From the NCBI GenBank assembly GCA_964016885.1, contig OZ024744.1:14818001-14882000 (forward strand): a stretch of DNA of 64,000 bases. The letters are read 5' to 3'. A program made the translations under genes and the position numbers. The notes below the pieces were generated by a model. It searched no databases. It saw nothing but the letters and a program-made list of their open reading frames with translations, and was not told where the DNA came from. Positions 40,890 to 48,532 of the stretch are shown here, in pieces. How positions within the stretch are numbered: the first letter of the stretch is position 1; the number at the start of each line of letters is the position of its first letter. The DNA comes from Eledone cirrhosa (lineage: Eukaryota).

Positions 40890-41720
40890 GAGGATCCACC
40901 TTTGTCCCTCCTCATAGTAGTGCCACCAATTCCAGGCTCACACAATGTGGCTTTGTATTGAGATGCGTTCGCTGTGTGGAGAGTGACTCGCTCCAAAACT
41001 GGGGTGCTACTGTGAGAAGGGTTCAGCATGGCCAACTGGCCTGTGCTTCCTCATAGTGGTGTCACATGTGGTTTCGTATATGAGAAGGGTCCATTGTGTA
41101 GAGCTTACACAGATCCAAATGGGGGTACCACTGTGAGATGGTTTTGGTGTGGCCAATGGGCCTGTCCTTCTTTATAGAGGAATCATACGTACTTTTGTAT
41201 TGAAAAGAGTTTTTTGCATGGAGAGTGTCCAGCTCTGAAACTAGTGTGCCTCAGTGAAAAGGGTTTGGTGCGGCCAACTGGCCTGTCCCTCTTCATAGTG
41301 GTGCCATCCAGTGCTGGGCTCCAAACTTGTGGTTTCGGTCTCGTATTGAGAAGTGTCCAGTGTGTGGGGAGTGCCTGGCTCTGAAACTCGGGTGCCACTG
41401 TGTGAGAAGTTTGGTGCGGCCAACATGCCTGTCCCTCCCCATGGAAGTGCCATCCAGCCTCAGGCTGCGAGAGTCTGGTTTTGTATTGAAAAGTGTCTGT
41501 CGTGTGGAGAGGGCCATATAAATAAAGGACAAAATTGGGGTGCTGCTGTGCAAAGGGTTCAGCGTAGCCAACTGACCTGTCACTCCTCATAGTATCACTG
41601 GTCCCTTCGCATAGTGGTGCCACCCAGTACTGGACTCCAAAACTGTGGCTACGCTGTGGGATGAGTTAGGCTTCTTGTATTAGAGCCATCTAGTACTGGG
41701 CTCCAAAACTATGGCTCCAA
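40890..41720. repeat. Diverged GC-rich tandem repeat, 121-148-bp units, about 6 copies
   Basis: The anchor (G/A)GCCAA...CCTGT occurs at 41030, 41151, 41272, 41418 and 41566. Shared words include CATAGTGGTGCC, GTATTGA and TGTGGAGAG. Confidence 0.8.
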
Positions 41721-41779
41721 ATGTATGATGGGTTGGGCTCCGAAAAATACGGTTCCGTTGTTAGACAGGTTTGGCACAG

Positions 41780-41974
41780 GCAACTGACCCGTCCCTCATT
41801 ATAATGGTGTCAGGAAGGGCATCCAGCTGTAAGATACTCAGCCAAATTTACAGTCCTCGCTGGAGCAAGGTGCAACACATGGCCAACCCTGGCCAGACTT
41901 GCCTCTCGGCATGGACGACTTGTCTAACCCATGCAAGCATGGAAAAATTGACATTAAAGAAAAATGATGATGAT
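41780..41974 (+). mobile_element. SINE 3' portion ending in an RTE-type tail
   Basis: GGTGTCAGGAAGGGCATCCAGCTGTA (a SINE central motif, from recall), then AACCCATGCAAGCATGGAAAA...AAATGATGATGAT, which resembles the reverse complement of the LINE end at 40163-40215. Confidence 0.65.
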
Positions 41975-41988
41975 ATATATATATTTAT

Positions 41989-44031
41989 AATAAGGAAAAG
42001 CGAAGTAGTTTCAGATGTTCAAGTCCTTTAATAATAATGCTGTGATATATATTTCAATGACGACACTGGCCACACTGTTCTGTGTGCAAGTGTCGTGTCA
42101 TCATCAGGCAGCTTGTTACATAATAAGGTTATGTTTCCGAGGCAATCCAAATTGAATCGACATGGGAATGGATGAAGTTCGTGCTTTGGGGTTTTTCATC
42201 CGTTCCCTTGTGAGTACCAATTCACCCCCACCGGTCTGCGCAAGCGCATGTCCGAAGGAAGTTGACCATTAGCCACCGCAGATTTCAACGAAATTCGCTT
42301 AGTCAGTTCACCCTCTCAGCCAAACAATGGCCCACCTATGCCCTACCAAAGTTTACTGCTACCCATTATGACTGGCAGTCAGCCGAAAGCCAGAGGGGAT
42401 GGGAGGGTGTTAGTTTTTACAGGTCATAATACTACCTCTCACTAAGCGTTGACAGTATGACTGACCATCAACTCATAAGGGGAAATAAACTTAATTCTAG
42501 GTACCATGTTTTTACATTGGAAGTTAAGAGTGAGAGTTGGAAATAAAAATTAAAAATTAAAATCCTAAATCAAATATCAGAGATTATAAATTCAACAATT
42601 AAAAATTAAAAAATTAACAATTAGAAATTAAAAAATTTTTAAAGTGATAATTCAGATTGAGGTGAGTAAAAATATAGATTGAAGTGAGTAAATAATATGG
42701 AGAGAGATGTTTAAGTTCTGAGGGGATTCTAGTGTCACAGTTACTCTATCCACATATTGAATGACAGTGCCGTACATTATAACGGAGGGCAAACTACATT
42801 GTTCAAGGCATTAGTCAATCTGGTACACAGTCATAATTTCCATCACATGGAACAAAATCAAAGAAAAACAGACATAAAGTACACAAAAGAAAAGAACAGA
42901 ACCAATAGGGAATAAATGCAAAAACAGAGTACATATATGCAAAATGATCGATATGATTGTCCATCAGTCCATGTATAGATTGAATTTAGGGGGCTTCTGT
43001 TCAAAAGCCCCCTCAATGAACAGAAGCCCCCTCAATTCAATCTATACATGGACAGATGGACAATCATATGGATCATTTTGCACATATGTACTCTGTTTTT
43101 GCATTTATTCCCTATTGGTTCTGTTCTTTTCTTTTGTGTACTTTATGTCTGTTTTTCTTTGATTTTGTTCCATGTGATGGAAATTATGACTGTGTACCAG
43201 ATTGACTAATGCCTTGAACAATGTAGTTTGCCCTCCGTTATAATGTACGGCACTGTCATTCAATATGTGGATAGAGTAACTGTGACACTAGAATCCCCTC
43301 AGAACTTAAACATCTCTCTCCATATTATTTACTCACTTCAATCTATATTTTTACTCACCTCAATCTGAATTATCACTTTAAAAATTTTTTAATTTCTAAT
43401 TGTTAATTTTTTAATTTTTAATTGTTGAATTTATAATCTCTGATATTTGATTTAGGATTTTAATTTTTAATTTTTATTTCCAACTCTCACTCTTAACTTC
43501 CAATGTAAAAACATGGTACCTAGAATTAAGTTTATTTCCCCTTATGAGTTGATGGTCAGTCATACTGTCAACGCTTAGTGAGAGGTAGTATTATGACCTG
43601 TAAAAACTAACACCCTCCCATCCCCTCTGGCTTTCGGCTGACTGCCAGTCATGATGGGTAGCAGTAAACTTTGGTAGGGCATAGGTGGGCCATTGTTTGG
43701 CTGAGAGGGTGAACTGACTAAGCGAATTTTGTTGAAATCTGTGGTGGCTAATGGTCAACTTCCTTCGGACATGCGCTTGCGCAGACCGGTGGGGGTGAAT
43801 TGGTACTCACAAGGGAACGGATGAAAAACCCAAAAGCACAAACTTCATCCGTTCCCATGTCGATTCAATTTGGATTGCCTCGGAAACATAACCTTATTAT
43901 GTAACAAGCTGCCTGATGATGTCACGACACTCACACACAGAACAGTGTGGCCAGTGTCGTCATTGAAATATATATCACAGCATTATTATTAAAGGACTTG
44001 AACATCTGAAACTACTTTGCTTTTCCTTATT
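41989..44031. repeat. 2,043-bp palindrome: two 1,015-bp inverted arms (41989-43003 and 43017-44031) with a 13-bp spacer; foldback/MITE-like
   Basis: Ends AATAAGGAAAAG / CTTTTCCTTATT. The arms align along their whole length with about 14 substitutions by eye and no indels seen. No TSD or transposase ORF was identified. Confidence 0.97.
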
Positions 44032-44107
44032 CGATATTTACTCCATCACTCCTATGTGAAAAAAGTACGTTGAGTGCTAGAATTGAATTGCATCAATGTT
44101 TACCCTA

Positions 44108-44550
44108 ATATATATATATATATATATATTCTTAATCTTGATAACGAAATGTAAGAGAGAAAGAAGAAACAGAATTTGTGTGTGAGAAATAGAAACAGTT
44201 TATTTGAGAGACATGCGTACACACACGTGTAGACAGACATACATACACATATATTTTGACATATAGACATACATACATATATATGTAGACATACATACAT
44301 ATATACATACACATGTAGACATATATACATATATACATACTCATGTAGACATACATACATATATACATACACATATACATACACATGTAGACATACATAC
44401 ATATATACATACATATGTAGACATATAAGCAGACATGTAGAAATACTTACACATATATGTAGACATACATATATACATATGTAGGCATACATATACACAT
44501 GTGTATGCATATATACAGACATATGTAGATATACACACATATGTAGACAG
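44108..44550. repeat. (TA)n plus compound (CATA/ATGTAGAC)n microsatellite
   Basis: Seen directly; lies between the P-loop exon donor and the palindrome. Confidence 0.9.
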
Positions 44551-44579
44551 ATTGTTACAATTCCAATTAGATTACTTAC

Positions 44580-44708
44580 TAAAGCTTGTATGTAATCTGC
44601 GATCACATCCTTCAGTTTGATATGGTGTAGTTTATACTCCTCACAGATCTTCTCTGCTACAGTTGATTTACCAGAACCAGGGGGTCCTAATATACAAATC
44701 CTTAAAGG
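44580..44708 (-). CDS. AK7: Adenylate kinase 7, P-loop exon (129 bp, phase 0-0): PLRICILGPPGSGKSTVAEKICEEYKLHHIKLKDVIADYIQAL
   Basis: Acceptor GTGTTTCAG and donor TTA|GTAAGT. Walker A motif GPPGSGKS. Matches AK7 PIKICILGPPAVGKS...YKLHHIQLKDVI as recalled. Confidence 0.96.
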
Positions 44709-44963
44709 CTGAAACACACACAAAAAAGTAGATAATCACCAGATTGGACTAAAGAAACAATGTTTCTATTGGTCTTTCTATTGCTGATATCATATGCTCA
44801 TCACTTCTCTTGCCAGAAAACACAAACACACAAAATAATGAAGAGGATACACATATTTTTTTCACTTCTCTTTTATATATAACCACACTTTGTCTAAACA
44901 TCTGCCTTGTTTAAAAATAATGATATTCATAAACATGCCTGTTAAATGCCTGAACATAAATAG

Positions 44964-45494
44964 AAAGTCATTATCTAAGATTCATGACCATAAGTAAGGT
45001 GGGCACAAATATCAAATTGAAGATAACAAGTTTGACTTCTACACCTACCTCCTTTCTGATTATCGAATGCTGAAACTGGCACATTACTGCACCAACTCCT
45101 GCAATTCTTGCACTTAATTCAGCCTCCTGCCTTCCATCACTTGTGAACACAGCCTCAAGATACTTGAAATTCTCTACCTGCTTCAGTGAAACTCCATTTA
45201 CATGTAACGTGCACTACACAGACTTACTTGAGAGAACGAGTGTCTCAGTTTTCGCAGCCATGCAGCACTTGGCATTAAACCTATCAGCTGACTGATTCTA
45301 CACCTGTCAGTCATGATACCACTTCCAGCCTGGTTGCACATGTCAATCCTGTTCATGAAGGTTATGAACAAGAGAAGTGAGAGTATGCACCCTTGTAGAG
45401 TTTGATTCCCACATTGAATGGTTTTTATTTAGCCCCATTTATTTGAACACAAATACAAGGGCATTTGTAAAGAGACATCAGGGGAACAAGAAGC
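44964..45494 (-). mobile_element. RTE-clade (Rex3/Expander-like) LINE, RT fragment forming an inverted 5' segment
   Basis: Minus-strand peptide LMSLYK...KPFNVGIKL.QGCILSLLLFITFMNRI...KTETLVLS...VNGVSLKQVENFKYL..FTSDGRQEAE...LTYGHES*IMT. Confidence 0.85.
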
Positions 45495-45882
45495 TGTGTA
45501 AATACAAGGGACTGAAATGGGGTTCTTCCAGGGTTCCTCCAAAGGAACGTTACTTGATAGGGTGTATAGCTCGGATGTCAGAGAGTCACTCCAGGTACAT
45601 CTCTGAATTGAGAGATCACAGCTCTGATACTACAGACATGTGGTTAGAATGTTGTAGGAAAGAATCACTAGACAGATTTTATGGGCAAAACCAACTAACA
45701 GGAGATCCAGGGGTAGATCCCGAGCAAGATGTTTAGATAACATCCTTGAGCTTTGCTGGTCTCATTTGGGGATCCAGTGAGATTAGTTGGAGACAGTTGC
45801 TTCTGACAGGACCTGCTGGAAGGAGTGTTTGGGGACTCTGCCCTCACGACCCTCCCAGGAATAAGTGGGTGAAGAAGAAAAA
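45495..45882 (+). mobile_element. Forward-oriented 3' end of the same RTE LINE, with (GAA)n tail
   Basis: Plus-strand peptide IQGTEMGFF...LLDRVYSSDVRE...IERSQL*YYRHVVRM...KPTNRRSRGR...LGTLPSRP, then GAAGAAGAAAAAG. Confidence 0.82.
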
Positions 45883-46194
45883 GTTAAACACAAAATGACA
45901 CCAAACCAATGCTATCCAGAAACTCAACTAAACATTGTCCATTTACCTAAACTCAACCTGGCTTACCATACTGGATATATGTAAAACACTCACAGCATAT
46001 CAACAATCAATCATATACCAATTGCTGGAATGCACACTTCTGTGTTGTTGATGACACAATCAGGAAGTGTGCACATATTGCAGGTTAGTGTCTGTGGAGC
46101 AGTTTCCACAATAAGAGCCCCGAGTGCACCAGCTGTATAGTAACACCCTCTCTACTGATGATAGTCATCATCTTCTCATTGAAATGCAACAGCT

Positions 46195-46695
46195 TTAGGT
46201 AGCAAATGTTAATTCTAGGGGTGCATGTCCTCCTTGTTCGTTTAAGTGTTGCTGCTTAGCATTTTGGTACTTGGTGAGAGAAGTAGGGTAGCTGTTCTCA
46301 GTGAGAACACTCTGGAATTCTACCTGCTGCTCCCACTCCTTCTTCTCCAGGTACGTGGATGATATCCTTATGCTCACTTCATCGTCAACATTTACAACAA
46401 CTTTGAAATGGTAGACACACACCTGAATTTTGAGGTTGAGTACCCAGACAATACCGGATCCCTTTCTCTACTCTACTTTACACAGTCACAGAGGAGGGAT
46501 CCATATACACCAAATTTTACAAGAAAGATGCCTGCAGCAACATTTCTCTACACCATAATTCTGCCTATCCTTACAAAACCAGCTTATATAGAGAATGAGA
46601 TCTCCCAGATGTGCAACAGATGCAGCAAGGGCCACAATAAACATACCAGCACCATGGAAATCCAGAGAGTTCTCACTGAGAACAGTTATCCTATT
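46195..46695 (+). mobile_element. Penelope-like retroelement RT/thumb fragment (46405-46695, +) preceded by an inverted related segment
   Basis: HLNFEVEYPDNTGSLSLL...GSIYTKFYKK...LHHNSA...NRCSK...VLTENSYP fits the PLE pattern (FTxExE.NGxLPFLD...TxxYRKP...H..S.HP...CS...NGYP). An inverted copy of VLTENSYP lies at about 46286-46320. Confidence 0.7.
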
Positions 46696-46943
46696 TCTAA
46701 AAAAAAAAAAATAAGTATAGCATAGAGTTTGATCAATAAGGTCCCAAACCTCATTTGCTTAACGAGTGGGGTGGAATTCATCAAATCTGACCAAGGAAAT
46801 AATGTTTCTATTGATCTTTCCATTGCTGATACTATCTACCAGTTGCAATACTTTGCAGAAAAAAAAAAACCAAGTGAATGGAGATATTAAAGTCAATGAC
46901 CATAGCAAGAAAGGTGGTGAAGAAAGAAGAAACAATAACATAC

Positions 46944-47093
46944 CAGAAGTTTGCGAGATTCTTTGTATTCTTTCACCATTTCAGGCATACTCTCAACGAG
47001 GCCAGTCTCAGCCACCCACATTACTCTCATTGTCTCTTTTACGGTGATAGCTTCCATGCGGATGTTCACTTGGAGGATGTCCAATTGTGCTTG
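46944..47093 (-). CDS. AK7: Adenylate kinase 7, internal coding exon (150 bp, phase 0-0): QAQLDILQVNIRMEAITVKETMRVMWVAETGLVESMPEMVKEYKESRKLL
   Basis: Acceptor GTCTTATTCAG and donor CTG|GTATGT. Matches AK7 LDHLLVNLRMEALFVKE...W..QTGFVEN...KEYKQSRGL as recalled, which directly precedes the P-loop exon. Confidence 0.93.
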
Positions 47094-47173
47094 CTGAATA
47101 AGACATATAATAGAAATGGAGTGAAATATAATAATTGAGAGAGGGAAAAGAGAGAGAGAGAGAGGAGTTTTCC

Positions 47174-47322
47174 TTACCTGTTCATTACAATATTTTTAAT
47201 GAAAGACACTGCCTATAATTTTCAAATAATTTTGAAATTAATAAAAATTTGAAATGATTTACTTATACAACTAACTTTCTGATTATTAAGCTGGTGTTTG
47301 GGACATAACTTAACAAAGATTT
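47174..47322. mobile_element. Degenerate end of an AT-rich non-autonomous DNA element
   Basis: GAAAGACACTGCC...AATTTTGAAATTAAT...ATTATTAAGCTGGTGTTTGG resembles an abundant octopus repeat with a TTAACCC-type terminus. Recall only. Confidence 0.4.
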
Positions 47323-47329
47323 AGCAACT

Positions 47330-47580
47330 GTTACTTAGGGCATTTGACACATGGCCAGAAAGTGATGGGTCTGTCTTTGGCCCCTGGAAGTATGTTTTAT
47401 TTTTAGCACCTGGAGGTTTCCTTTGTCTGGAAACAAAAAACTTCATTTCACATTGATCTAGTTCACACAATAGAAAATAAGTGCCTGCAGCAGCAGTAGC
47501 AGCAAACTGGCAATTAATCTTCTGATGGACTGGCATCACATCCAGGGGTATGTCTCAGAATATCACTCATTTAATCTCAC
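47330..47580 (+). mobile_element. Old SINE remnant (CORE-like)
   Basis: AAACTTCATTTCACATTGATCTAGTTCAC resembles the SINE core CACTTCATTTCACGTTGCTCCAGTTCAC. Recall only. Confidence 0.4.
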
Positions 47581-47794
47581 ATGAAACTAAGATGATAGGC
47601 CTCTGTGTTGAGAAAGACTTTAAATAACCCAGACAAAGTATAATCTTTAGTAAAAGAATCTAAGAAAGGAAGGAGCAGAGTTTAGTGGTTAGGGCATTAA
47701 ACTCACAATAGGAAAATCATAAGCTGATATCTGAGTAAAAAGGATTTGTGTTACTGCAGCTGGCAATGGTGATATAAGTTATGACAGTTGTGCA

Positions 47795-47930
47795 GATGCA
47801 GCTGAGTGGTTAAGGAGTTTAGTTCGCAATCATGAGATCCAGGGTTGGATCCCATGGTATAGTGTATTTACCATAGCCTCAGCCTTATAAGTAAAACTGG
47901 GTAGGTGGGGGCTGAGTGGAAGCTCATCAG
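47795..47930 (+). mobile_element. tRNA-derived SINE head with degenerate Pol III boxes
   Basis: A-box-like GCTGAGTGGTTAAG and B-box-like GGGTTGGATCCC at tRNA-like spacing. Confidence 0.55.
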
Positions 47931-48414
47931 ATAGATTTTACATGTAATTCAAAGTGTCAGCTTTGTCACACATACTGTGTCATGCTGAGTTAGCTTAAGA
48001 ATTATATTAAAGAACTTACACATCATTTCAACATTCAGTTCATCAAACCGATCGTCAAAGCCAACAGATGATCCATAATATGGTGGGAATAAGGAATGGA
48101 GAGTAGCCAGGATAGCACTAGACTAAACAAGACATACAAAGAAACATTAAAAGACAACACTGTTGATTTATCCATAAATTCAGAACGACAGTGGCTTGCT
48201 TGAGGAAGCTCTACTGGGCGTTGTAGTATGTGTAACTAGCCATTCTCCATGGTAACACCTTTGCCATTTTGTTAGCAACATCTGAAACGCCGTTTGAACT
48301 AGGGTCTAGTGACTCCCCTTCCATATACTGCTCCTTTCATTGCTTTTATATTTAGTGGAGCAGATTCAATTGCAAACAATTGACAATTGATCAAGTTTTG
48401 TCCTCCAGCAATAT

Positions 48415-48532
48415 CATCATCATCATCTTTATTAACATCCATCTTCCACGCTAGCATGGGTTAGACGGGATATGTGGTATTGTGGTAACAATATGTAATA
48501 ACATAATATTGTCACAATACCTGCTGTCTCCG
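48415..48532 (-). mobile_element. Short retroposon 3' tail (RTE/SINE type) flanked by a direct repeat
   Basis: (CAT)n followed by CTTCCACGCTAGCATGGGTTAGAC, the reverse complement of the tail at 41920-41974. CCAGCAATAT occurs at 48405-48414 and 48533-48542. Confidence 0.65.

Noticed and set aside
42944-43162. 72-aa ORF across the palindrome centre
   Set aside because: Short, has no recognisable motif and spans the symmetry axis; not a transposase.
41989-44031. Palindrome as a sequencing fold-back chimera
   Set aside because: The arms differ by CpG-type transitions and unique sequence resumes on both sides with AK7 exon order intact. Read-level confirmation is still advisable.
44100-44579. 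YVCM-rich ORFs, including the tail of the 207-aa ORF
   Set aside because: Read-through into a microsatellite past the GTAAGT donor at 44579; only 44580-44708 is coding.
47795-47860. tRNA gene
   Set aside because: Only degenerate A and B boxes are present with no cloverleaf; better explained as a SINE head.
48020-48117. Exon-like 98-bp segment on the minus strand (TCTAG acceptor, GTAAGT donor, open frame AILATLHSLFPPYYGSSVGFDDRFDELNVEMM)
   Set aside because: It does not resemble the expected upstream AK7 peptide, and the frame that would join the phase-0 exon at 47093 contains a stop. It could only be a non-coding or poison exon, which would need RNA-seq support.
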